Below, in pieces: positions 8,328-16,349 of a stretch of DNA of 64,000 nt; the first letter of the stretch is position 1; the number at the start of each line of letters is the position of its first letter. This stretch comes from an uncultured Acidobacteriota bacterium. GTDB taxonomy: Bacteria > Acidobacteriota > Terriglobia > Terriglobales > Acidobacteriaceae. The stretch is taken from positions 202,186-266,185 of the forward strand of contig CAVWVX010000002.1 in the NCBI GenBank assembly GCA_963758565.1, in the 5' to 3' direction. Below the pieces are notes generated by a model. That model made no database searches. It was not told the origin of the DNA and saw only the letters and a list, made by a program, of their open reading frames with translations. Made by a program: the position numbers and the translations under genes.

Positions 8328-9221
8328 ATGGCTGCTGCACCGGTTCCGGAACCGACCAATAAGAATGAAGATAGTTCTGTCTACGTTCTGTTCTACAAGT
8401 TGACTAAGGAGAGTCCGCCTTGGGTTCGCACTGTTGCGGTGCTTCTGATTGCGGGAGGGATCGCACTTGCCTTGTCGGGCAAGGTTTCCGATTGGTTCGG
8501 CAAAACAAAGAAAGCGGATATGCCGAGTGGAGCGGCACAGGTGCAGAATCCGATTTCCATACAGATTCAAAATGGGCCCTACCCAGTGCCGGCCGGAAGC
8601 AAGCAGATCAATGGGCCGGGCAATGCCAATAATGCACCGCAAAACCTGGACGCTACTCATCACTTCGATGAAGATGCGGAGCACTATAAATACCACCAGG
8701 ATCATCCAGAAGACAATCCCGACCTGACGCAGATAGCGAAATTTGATGACAAGAATGACATCAGTTTCAAGTTTTATGCGAAGACAGACAAATGCGTGTG
8801 GGTGCTGCGCCACGAGAATGGCGTGCCGGTTTCCCAATATGTGAAGGATCCAGCTTATCGGGATGGGGTTGCGCTGCCTCCGCATTCGGCCAGCGCTGGG
8901 AAGTTACCAAATTCTGACAGGCCTCCTGAACGGCCTAGTCTGTTCGATGCGCTTGTTCCTACGGCTGAGGCAGCGCAGGTTGAATTTCCGAAGGGGATGG
9001 ATGAGGCCCACCTCCACGAGGTCCAGGCAGGATGCGTCAATGGGCAGCACCCCGGCCCATTTAATTGGTGGTGGGGACCGCCGCAGGATCAGTGCTGGAG
9101 TCCGATGTTCCGGCAGTGGAGGGACGGTTGCACTCACTATCAAATGTTTAACCGTTGCGCGAATGCGTGGGACGGCCGTATTGTCTGGACTGCATGCACC
9201 CCCGGCCCGAATCACTTCTGA
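8328..9221 (+). CDS. Hypothetical single-pass membrane protein with a Cys/Trp-rich C-terminal domain
   Basis: Start moved to the ATG at 8328, which has AAGGAG 7 nt upstream. TM segment WVRTVAVLLIAGGIALALSG. C-terminus GCVNGQHPGPFNWWWGPPQDQCWSPMFRQWRDGCTHYQMFNRCANAWDGRIVWTAC. I recognise no family. Confidence 0.6.
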   Translation: MAAAPVPEPTNKNEDSSVYVLFYKLTKESPPWVRTVAVLLIAGGIALALSGKVSDWFGKTKKADMPSGAAQVQNPISIQIQNGPYPVPAGSKQINGPGNANNAPQNLDATHHFDEDAEHYKYHQDHPEDNPDLTQIAKFDDKNDISFKFYAKTDKCVWVLRHENGVPVSQYVKDPAYRDGVALPPHSASAGKLPNSDRPPERPSLFDALVPTAEAAQVEFPKGMDEAHLHEVQAGCVNGQHPGPFNWWWGPPQDQCWSPMFRQWRDGCTHYQMFNRCANAWDGRIVWTACTPGPNHF

Positions 9222-9239
9222 GGAACATGTTACGGCCTG

Positions 9240-9870
9240 TGGCGCTCTGCACGGTCCGCATTTCCTTGGGTTCGCGCCGCGCTTCGCTTGGTCAGGGCAG
9301 GCTCAAGAGCTGAAGTCGTGGTCTTTCCGGTCGCGGCGTTGGCGAATTCCTGGAGGGATGGAGGCATGGAATTCCCGGTCGTGGAGGCGTCGGCGAAAAG
9401 CAGATTCCTCACCGGCAAAGGACGCCGGTTCGGAATGACAAGGATTTTGGCTGGTTTGAGCTCTCTGTGGCGTCCCTACGGGCCTCGGTTCTATTTCGTG
9501 CGAGCTTACCCAGGATTTACGTCCCTTCGGCAAGCTCAGGGCAGGCTCTGGGCTATCATCTGGCGCCCCTCCGGGGCTTGGGTGTGGTGACGTCGGCTTA
9601 TTCTTCTTCTTCTTCTTCTTCTAACCGCCTTGTGGCTCCTCATTGAGGCTTACGGCAAGCTCGAAATCGTGCTCTTCGGGCGCGTCCGCTGACGAATTCC
9701 TGGAGGCCTGCGGTCATGGTTAGCGTCGGCGAAAAGCAGATTCCTCACCGGCAAGGACGCCGGTTCGGAATGACAAAGAATTTTGGAGGGTTTGAGCGGT
9801 TCGCTGATCGCAGTGCTGAAGCGCTGCGCCACCCAAAATCTCATTCTCTGTAATTCCGAGTTTTCCACAG
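9240..9870. repeat. Second array of modular palindromic repeats
   Basis: Module 'aaaagcagattcctcaccggcaaRggacgccggttcggaatgacaaRg' at 9395-9443 and 9727-9777. '..gaattcctggagg..' units at about 9340-9360 and about 9695-9712. gctcagggcaggctc units. gtgcTGAAgcgctgcgccacccaaaatc at about 9812-9842. Confidence 0.8.
9601..9622. repeat. (TTC)7 microsatellite
   Basis: ttcttcttcttcttcttcttct read directly from the sequence. Confidence 0.95.
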
Positions 9871-9935
9871 GGGAAATTTATTTGGTGTGACGGATGTACG
9901 TGACTCTCGGTTTAGGGGGTGGAAGAGTGGAAGAA

Positions 9936-9998
9936 CAGTGGCCAGTGGGCAGTGGTCAGTGGCCAGTGGAACAGGGGTTAGGGGTTAGGGGGCAGGGG
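9936..9998. repeat. Tandem heptamers (CAGTGGN)x4-5 followed by a G-rich (GGGGTTA)-like tract
   Basis: cagtggc cagtggg cagtggt cagtggc cagtgga, then ggggtta ggggtta gggggca gggg. Confidence 0.9.
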
Positions 9999-10118
9999 CT
10001 CGTAACATCTGGTCTGTGGGACACGCAGGGGTCCTTCGGCGGGCGAAAGGACGTCGCCTCAGGATGAAAAATCTATTTGGTATCGACAAATTGGTATCGA
10101 CGACGGGGAGGAGATTTT

Positions 10119-10734
10119 ATGTGGAGGAAGAAGGATCGGTTGGCGGGTGGGAGGTTGGAGGGGTGCAAGGAGCGGGGGGAGTGGGCGGAGTTGTATTTCA
10201 TGATGCAGGCGGCGGGGAGGGGGTTGAAGGTGTCGCGTCCGTTTGGGCAGGCGGGGAGATATGACGTGGGGGTGGAGAGTTCGGTGGAGGGGGCGGCGGC
10301 GGTCAGGGAGAGTGGGGAGGGGGATGAGTTTGCGATTCCGAGGCGAGCGGCGACGGTGTTGCGGGTGCAGGTGAAGTCGACGATCTACAAGCGGCGGAAT
10401 GAGGAGTACAGCTTGAATGTGATGGGGCCGCAGAGGAAGAAGTATGTTCCGGGGACGGTGGATTTTTTTTGCGATTCTGGTGATACCGATCGATGCGTGG
10501 TACATCATCCCGTTTGATGTGCTGGGGAGGACGAATTCGTCGATTCATTTTACGCCGGCGGCGGTGCGGCAGAAGTATGGGAGGTATCTGGAGGCTTGGG
10601 ATTTGCTGAAGCAGAGCGGGATCACGATTGAGGCTTGTGTGGATGAGGAGTGGGAGGAAGGAGTGGAGGAGGAGGTGGTGATTGAGGTGTTATCGGCCGA
10701 TGGGGACGGTGCGGGGATTGAGGATTTGAGGTAG
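10119..10734 (+). pseudogene. PD-(D/E)XK endonuclease (group-I-intron-associated PDDEXK_5-like family) disrupted by a 1-nt frameshift in a T8 run
   Basis: ORF 10077..10517 reads ..GEWAELYFMMQAAGRGLKVSRPFGQAGRYDVGVE..LRVQVKST..VDFF. ORF 10444..10734 reads FFAILVIPIDAWYIIPFDVL.. These are two frames of one gene. Removing one T from T8 (10463-10470) joins VDFF to AILVIPIDAWYIIP. Confidence 0.65.
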
Positions 10735-10742
10735 TGGGGAGG

Positions 10743-10812
10743 AACAGCAGATTCCTCGGCTGCGAAAGATCGTCCGCGTTGCGAACGATCTTTCTGCGCT
10801 CGGAATGACAAG
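10743..10812. repeat. Palindromic repeat module ('cagcagattcctc..hairpin..cggaatgacaa')
   Basis: aacagcagattcctcggctgc-gaaagatcgtccgcgttgcgaacgatctttc-tgcgctcggaatgacaagg. It lies between the endonuclease pseudogene and the 3' end of moaA. Confidence 0.85.
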
Positions 10813-10893
10813 GGTATTTTTTGGGGGTCGAGAAGGATCTTGTGCGCTCGGAACGACCGAACTATTTTTGCGTTCGAGATGGTGATTGAGGGG

Positions 10894-11898
10894 TTATCCG
10901 CCGATGTGGACCATGGTGCGTGAGGCGGGGACGAAGTCGGGCTCGCCGATGTGGTGGCGGGCTTCTTTTTTCTGGATGACGGAGTGGATGAAGGATTCGA
11001 GTTCGTGGTCGGAGGCGCCGCGGCGCATTTGGGCGTGAAGGTCGTGGTCCCAGATGGAGAAGAGGCAGGTGCGGATTTTGCCGTCGCTGGTGATGCGGAT
11101 GCGGCTGCAGTGTCCGCAAAAAGGGTGGGAGACGGGAGCGATGATGCCGATTTCGCCGAGGCCGTCGTCGAAGCGGTAGCGGCGAGCGGTCTCGGAGTGG
11201 GCGTGAGGGATTTCGACGAGCGGGCGGAATTGCGCCATGCGGTCGAGGATTTCTTCGAGGGGGACGACGGTGTCGGGGGACCAGGTGCGGCCTTCCTCGA
11301 GGGGCATGAATTCGATGAAGCGGACGGTGACGCCTTCGTCGCGGGCGAATTTTCCGAAGGGGATGATTTGGTCTTCGTTGAAGCCGCGCATGAGGACGCA
11401 GTTTACTTTGAGGGGCCAGAGGCCGGCGGTGCGGGCGGCGCGGATGCCGGCGAGGACGTTGTCGTATCCGTTGGAGACGCGGGTGATGCGGGCGAAGCGG
11501 TCGGGGTCGACGGCGTCCATGGAAACGGTGACGCGGGAGAGTCCGGCGGTTTTGAGGGGGGCGGCGAGGTCGGGGAGGAGATGGCCGTTGGTGGTTAGGG
11601 CGATGTCGAGTGGCTGGGCTTCGGCGGAGTTTTCGGTCGGAGGGCGGAGTTGGGAGAGGTTGCGGACGAAATCGACGAGGCCGTTGCGGAGGAGGGGTTC
11701 GCCTCCGGTGAGGCGGATTTTGGTGACGCCCATGCCGACGAGAATGCGGGCCATGCGGAGATAGTCTTCGAAGGGAAGGTCGCCGTAGAGGGCGCCTTCG
11801 TTGCCGGTGCGGCAGTAGACACACTTGTAGTTGCAGCGGTCGGTGACGGAGATCCGCAGGTCGGTGATGGGGCGGCCGAATTTGTCGGAGAGAGGCAA
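10894..11898 (-). CDS. moaA: GTP 3',8-cyclase (molybdenum cofactor biosynthesis protein A), radical SAM
   Basis: 334 aa. N-terminus DKFGRPITDLRISVTDRCNYKCVYC (CxxxCxxC) and C-terminal CGHCSRIRITSDGKIRTCLF cluster motif. It appears to use a TTG start at 11898. Confidence 0.93.
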   Translation of the reverse strand: MPLSDKFGRPITDLRISVTDRCNYKCVYCRTGNEGALYGDLPFEDYLRMARILVGMGVTKIRLTGGEPLLRNGLVDFVRNLSQLRPPTENSAEAQPLDIALTTNGHLLPDLAAPLKTAGLSRVTVSMDAVDPDRFARITRVSNGYDNVLAGIRAARTAGLWPLKVNCVLMRGFNEDQIIPFGKFARDEGVTVRFIEFMPLEEGRTWSPDTVVPLEEILDRMAQFRPLVEIPHAHSETARRYRFDDGLGEIGIIAPVSHPFCGHCSRIRITSDGKIRTCLFSIWDHDLHAQMRRGASDHELESFIHSVIQKKEARHHIGEPDFVPASRTMVHIGG

Positions 11899-11906
11899 GG
11901 TGAACC

Positions 11907-11988
11907 GTCGTTGGTCGTCGGTCGTTGGTCGTTAGTCGTTAGCTTACTTGACCCTGTATGGGCCAACGACTAACGACCATCGGCTAAC
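11907..11988. repeat. Five tandem GTCGTYN heptamers plus an inverted partial copy (long hairpin potential) immediately upstream of moaA
   Basis: gtcgttg gtcgtcg gtcgttg gtcgtta gtcgtta at 11907-11941. The inverted copy caacgac taacgac lies at 11964-11977. Confidence 0.9.
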
Positions 11989-12246
11989 TACTTTTTGGGG
12001 AAAGACAGGCGCAGGCGGAGACTTCCCGGCGGGCGGCTTCCTTTCCAATGCGCTTCTTTCGGAGCGCGGGAGGCGCGAGCATTTCTGCTGGTGCCCTTGG
12101 GAGAATCTTTCTCGCGGAACTCGCGGGAGAAATCCTTCCTTGCCGCTGCGGCCTGGGTATACCCGAAGGCCGTGAGCGGTCGGAAACTCGATTTCATTAT
12201 AGAGCTTAGGAGGAGGGAAAAGGTTCAAAAGTCTGCGATTCAGGTT

Positions 12247-13014
12247 TCAAGGTTTCGGAGTTTCAGGGGCTTTAGTAATCGCGGCTTCCGCGAGTGGGGC
12301 CATGATTTTGTATCCCGCAGCGTTGGGGTGGAGGCCGTCTTCGGCGAGGTCGCGTTTGAGCAGACCTTTGTCGTCGACCATGGGGGTGAAGTAGTCGAGG
12401 TAGATGGTGTCGGGGTGGGCGGAGACGTAGGACTTCATCCAGCGATTGAGTTCGAGGATTTTTTCGGGAGAGCGCTGGGCGAAGAGGTTTTGCGATTGCG
12501 GCGTGTAGTTGTGGACGGGGAGGACCGACGAGAATATGACGCGGATGTTGTTGGCGCGGGCGAGGTCGGCGAAAGAGGCGTAGTTGGCTTCGATGTCTTC
12601 GAGGCGCATGGGGCCGGTGTTGCCGGCGATGTCATTGGTGCCGGCGAGGATGACGACGACTTTGGGGTGAAGGTCGATGACGTCCTGGCGGAAGCGGATG
12701 AGCATTTGCGGCGTGGTCTGGCCTCCGATGCCGCGGTTGATGTAGGGCTTGCCGGGAAAATATTCGTCGAGGTGCCAGATGTCGGTGATGGAGTCGCCGA
12801 AGAAGACGACGCGGTTTTCGCCGGGCGCGGGCGGCTTGAGGGCGGCATTGGCGTCGCGGTAGCGGGCGAGTTCTCCGAAGTCGTCGCGCAGGGTGATGGC
12901 TTTCGAAGCGCGGTAGTTTTGCAGAGCCTGGTCAGGAGTGGGAGTGGGCTGCTGAGAGAACGAGGGTAGAGCCGCTGAAAGTAAAAGCGCGAATACGACG
13001 GCGTGAGGTCGCAT
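12247..13014 (-). CDS. Secreted SGNH/GDSL-family hydrolase
   Basis: Start trimmed to the ATG at 13014 (MRPHAVVFALLLSAALPSFSQQ signal peptide). Motifs VVFFGDSITD, GIGGQTT, ILAGTNDI, DGLHPN. Confidence 0.85.
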   Translation of the reverse strand: MRPHAVVFALLLSAALPSFSQQPTPTPDQALQNYRASKAITLRDDFGELARYRDANAALKPPAPGENRVVFFGDSITDIWHLDEYFPGKPYINRGIGGQTTPQMLIRFRQDVIDLHPKVVVILAGTNDIAGNTGPMRLEDIEANYASFADLARANNIRVIFSSVLPVHNYTPQSQNLFAQRSPEKILELNRWMKSYVSAHPDTIYLDYFTPMVDDKGLLKRDLAEDGLHPNAAGYKIMAPLAEAAITKAPETPKP

Positions 13015-13060
13015 GGCGCAAATGCTAACACGGGGTGGCGGGTGGCTGGCCGTTCTCTGT

Positions 13061-13840
13061 TTAAGGTTGGCTGGCCAGGGCGCGTGCAATTGCTTTCTCG
13101 GCGAGCGGAGCCATTAATTTGTATCCGGCGGGGTTGGGGTGCAAGCCGTCGTCGGATAGATCACGCCGTAACATACCGGTGCTGTCGACTAAAGCTGAAA
13201 AATAGTCCAGGTACACCAGGCCGTTCTTGGCGCAGTAACTTTTCAGCCAGGCGTTCAGCGCGAGAATTCTTTCGCGGGGACGCAGGGCGAAAGATTCTTT
13301 CGACTCGGGTGTGTAATTGTGTGCGGGGAGCAGCGAGGCAAAGACTACGCGGATGTGGTGGGCGCGGGCCAACTCGGCCATGGAACTGTAGTTGGCTTCG
13401 ATATCCTCGTTGCGGGTTGGTCCGGTGACGCCAGCGATGTCGTTGGTTCCGGCGAGGATGATCAAGACTTTAGGATGGAGATTGATTACGTCCTGCTGAA
13501 AGCGGACGAGCATTTGCGGCGTGGTTTGTCCGTCGATGCCACGGTTGATGTAAGGCTTGCCGGGAAAATAGTCGGGAAGCTTCCAGTAGTCGGTGATGGA
13601 GTCGCCCAGAAAGATAACTCGATTCTCTTTCGGGGTCGGCGGCGCGAGTGCGGCGTTGGCGTCGCGGTAGCGCTTGAGTTCTCCGAAGTCGTCGGTGTAG
13701 ATGGCGATACGGGAGACGCGGTATTCGTCGAGATCGGGGTGGCCGGTGGAGGGGATGGAGGGTTGCTGAGCGAGCGCTAAGCAGGGGATAAGCACCAGAA
13801 AGAGGGAGGCAGCGAGACGACGATCGCGCAGGAGGTGCAT
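13061..13840 (-). CDS. Secreted SGNH/GDSL-family hydrolase (tandem paralogue)
   Basis: The ATG at 13840 has GAGG 6 nt upstream (an alternative ATG lies at 13864). Motifs VIFLGDSITD, GIDGQTT, ILAGTNDI, DGLHPN. It is colinear with the adjacent paralogue. Confidence 0.85.
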   Translation of the reverse strand: MHLLRDRRLAASLFLVLIPCLALAQQPSIPSTGHPDLDEYRVSRIAIYTDDFGELKRYRDANAALAPPTPKENRVIFLGDSITDYWKLPDYFPGKPYINRGIDGQTTPQMLVRFQQDVINLHPKVLIILAGTNDIAGVTGPTRNEDIEANYSSMAELARAHHIRVVFASLLPAHNYTPESKESFALRPRERILALNAWLKSYCAKNGLVYLDYFSALVDSTGMLRRDLSDDGLHPNPAGYKLMAPLAEKAIARALASQP

Positions 13841-13948
13841 CGGGTGCCTCGAAAGAAACAGCATAGCTTATAAGCTCGCCGGCGACGCAGGACAAAGACT
13901 GTTCTAGTGGACGCCGGTCGCGGGCGAGGGCGCCCTCGCCACAGAAAC

Positions 13949-15667
13949 TTACATGCCGTCATAGTTCGGGCCGCCCCCGCCTTCGGGGGGGACCCAGGTG
14001 ATGATCTGGTAGGGGTCGGCGATGTCGCAGGTTTTGCAGTGGACGCAGTTCGAGGGATTGAGGCTGATGCGTTTGCCGTTGGGCTGCGAGGGATCGTCCA
14101 GCATTTCGTAGACGTTGGCGGGACAGAAATTCTGGCAGGGGCTGCCGTATTCTTTTACGCAGCGATCGTTGCAAATGTTGGTGTCTGCGATGACGAGGTG
14201 CGCGGGCTGATCTTCTTCGTGACGCGTGCCGGAGTGGTAAAGGTCGGTGAGTTTGTCGAAGGTGAGTTTGCCGTCGCCTTTAGCGGGGCCGATGATGTGG
14301 GCTTCCGCGCCTCCGTTGGCGGGGAGGCCGGCGAGTTTGTGCATGTGCTCGTGCCCTGCCTTGGCGAGGTAGCGGTTGCGGAGGCCGCGGCCGCCGGTGA
14401 TCATCTGCAAGCCGGTGTGGAACATTCCGGCGTACATGCCTTGTTCGAAACCCTGGTGCATGTTGCGAACTTTCCAGAGTTCGTCTTTGATCCAGCTGGA
14501 GTCGACTTTTTTCTGATAAGCGCCAAGCGAGGCGGCGGAGAAATCATCTTTCTTCATCGCGTCGAAGGCGGTTTCGGCGGCGAGCATGCCGCTCTTGATG
14601 GCCAGATGAATTCCTTTGAGGCGTGCGGAGTTTAGGAATCCGGCGGAGTCGCCGAGTATCATCCAACCGTCGCCGGCGACTGGCGGAATCGCCCACCAGC
14701 CGCCGTAGGGCATGGACTTCGCGCCGTAGCGAATCATCTTGCCGCCTTCGAGCAGTTTCGAGACGAGAGGATGTTTCTTGAATTCCTGGAGGACGCGCTG
14801 CGGGTCGAGGCGCGGGTCGGGGTAGTCAAGCCCGGTGACGAAGCCGAGGGAGACGACGTTGTCTTTGCCGCCGTAAATCCAAGCGCCGCCGTATTCTTTG
14901 GTGGTGAGCGGCCAGCCCAGAGTGTAGATGACTTCGCCGGGTGCGATGCGTCCGGCAGGGACTTCCCAGAGTTCTTTGATGCCGACGCCGTAGGTTTGCG
15001 CGTTGGCGTCTTTGGCAAGATCGAATTTGTTTATGAGTTGTTTGGTTAATGATCCGCGGGGGCCCTCGGCGAGGATTGTGATTTTTGCGTTCAGGTCGTA
15101 GCCGGGTTCGAAGTTGGATTTCTGGTTGCCTTCTTTGTCTACGCCCTTGTCGTCAGTGCGGACGCCGGCGACGCGGTTGCCGTCGTATAAAAGTTCGGAG
15201 CCGGCGAATCCGGTGAAGGTGGTGATGCCCGTTTCCTCCACCTTGCCTCCCAGCCACTTCACGAAGCGATTCAACGAGATGACGTAGTTGCCGTGGTCGC
15301 GGAGCGGAGGAGGAGTGATGGGAAGCTTGAACTTGCTTTTTTGAGTGAGGAAATAAACGGCTTCTTTCTCGACCTTGGCATCGAGCGGCGCTTCTTTTTC
15401 AAATTCCGGAAGAAGCTCGCGCATGGAGCGCGGATCGAGCAGCGCACCGGAGAGGCAGTGCTGTCCGATCTCGCGGGCTTTCTCCAGGACGTAGATATTT
15501 TCTTTGCTGAGCTGGGAGTCGGGATTGGCCGCGTTGTGGGCGTCAATGAGCTGCGAGAGACGCAGGGCGCAGGCCATGCCGGCCGGGCCTCCGCCAACGA
15601 TGACGACGTCGGCGGGCATTTGAGGGCGCTCGACGTTGGGGATGGGTTTGCGGAAGATCAAGGTCAT
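13949..15667 (-). CDS. Electron-transfer flavoprotein:ubiquinone oxidoreductase (ETF-QO)
   Basis: 572 aa. FAD-binding VVIVGGGPAGMACA at the N-terminus. C-terminal 4Fe-4S ferredoxin-like CPANVY..NCVHCKTCDI. The overall length is typical of ETF-QO. Confidence 0.9.
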   Translation of the reverse strand: MTLIFRKPIPNVERPQMPADVVIVGGGPAGMACALRLSQLIDAHNAANPDSQLSKENIYVLEKAREIGQHCLSGALLDPRSMRELLPEFEKEAPLDAKVEKEAVYFLTQKSKFKLPITPPPLRDHGNYVISLNRFVKWLGGKVEETGITTFTGFAGSELLYDGNRVAGVRTDDKGVDKEGNQKSNFEPGYDLNAKITILAEGPRGSLTKQLINKFDLAKDANAQTYGVGIKELWEVPAGRIAPGEVIYTLGWPLTTKEYGGAWIYGGKDNVVSLGFVTGLDYPDPRLDPQRVLQEFKKHPLVSKLLEGGKMIRYGAKSMPYGGWWAIPPVAGDGWMILGDSAGFLNSARLKGIHLAIKSGMLAAETAFDAMKKDDFSAASLGAYQKKVDSSWIKDELWKVRNMHQGFEQGMYAGMFHTGLQMITGGRGLRNRYLAKAGHEHMHKLAGLPANGGAEAHIIGPAKGDGKLTFDKLTDLYHSGTRHEEDQPAHLVIADTNICNDRCVKEYGSPCQNFCPANVYEMLDDPSQPNGKRISLNPSNCVHCKTCDIADPYQIITWVPPEGGGGPNYDGM

Positions 15668-15673
15668 AGAAGT

Positions 15674-16060
15674 CTAGCGATTCGCCAAAGTCGCAATTTC
15701 ACCCAAGCCAAGCAATCTCTGATCTGCTGTTACCAAGGTTAACTTCAACACTTTGGCGGTCGCAGCCAAGAATCTGTCAGCTGGGTCGGCCTGTGGTAAT
15801 GGCAGCGCCAGACCGACACTTACGATCTCGCGCGTCAAAGGTGCTTCGCGCATCTGCTCGGCTGCGCGCTCGACCCAGGCAAAAGGATCCTCCATCCGAA
15901 TTCTGCCCTTCTGCATAAGAGTCAGAGCTTCCCAGACGCTAATCGGAGACAACCAGAGTTCGTTGGCCGGATCCGATAATTCCGCATTCACCCGCTTGAC
16001 GAGTCGAGCCGGATTACCTTTAGTCCAAATCCAAATATGGGTATCCAGAAGGAGCTTCAA
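15674..16060 (-). CDS. vapC: Type II toxin, PIN-domain ribonuclease (VapC family)
   Basis: 128 aa with N-terminal MKLLLDTHIWIW and a C-terminal LVTAD acidic motif typical of PIN domains. It overlaps the upstream antitoxin by 4 nt. Confidence 0.85.
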   Translation of the reverse strand: MKLLLDTHIWIWTKGNPARLVKRVNAELSDPANELWLSPISVWEALTLMQKGRIRMEDPFAWVERAAEQMREAPLTREIVSVGLALPLPQADPADRFLAATAKVLKLTLVTADQRLLGLGEIATLANR

Positions 16061-16320
16061 TCGCGGTAGGCCTCGATGTCATCCAAATCGATGATTGGAG
16101 AGACGATGTCGCCAAGAATCTCGATAGTTCCCACCATATCGCCCACAAAATTTCGCTTGCGATCAGGTCCAGTGGGAACAACTTCCGCGACGGGAACGCC
16201 GTGCCGCGTGATGCGTAGTGGCTGGCGTGTTTTCTGAACTTGCTCAATCAGCCCGAGGCACTTGGCCTTGAACTTCGAAATGGGGATGTCTCGCATGACC
16301 ATTATTTTAACCATAGTCAA
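16057..16320 (-). CDS. Type II antitoxin, Phd/YefM family
   Basis: Contains ISKFKAKCLGLIEQVQKTRQPLRITRHGVPVAEVVP, typical of Phd/YefM. The start is ambiguous (TTG at 16320; ATGs at 16314, 16302 and 16296). Confidence 0.8.
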   Translation of the reverse strand: MTMVKIMVMRDIPISKFKAKCLGLIEQVQKTRQPLRITRHGVPVAEVVPTGPDRKRNFVGDMVGTIEILGDIVSPIIDLDDIEAYRD

Positions 16321-16349
16321 TTAAAAGGTCAATCCCGAAGGATGGCGAG

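Noticed and set aside
10862-11824. 320-aa Arg/Pro-rich ORF and other alternative-frame ORFs over moaA
   Set aside because: Extreme R/P/H composition, and an overlap with the moaA frame that carries diagnostic radical SAM motifs. These are not credible proteins.
11899-12000. Moco riboswitch in the moaA leader
   Set aside because: The leader consists of heptamer repeats and an inverted copy. I did not recognise the conserved Moco motif helices. An Rfam RF01055 scan would settle it.
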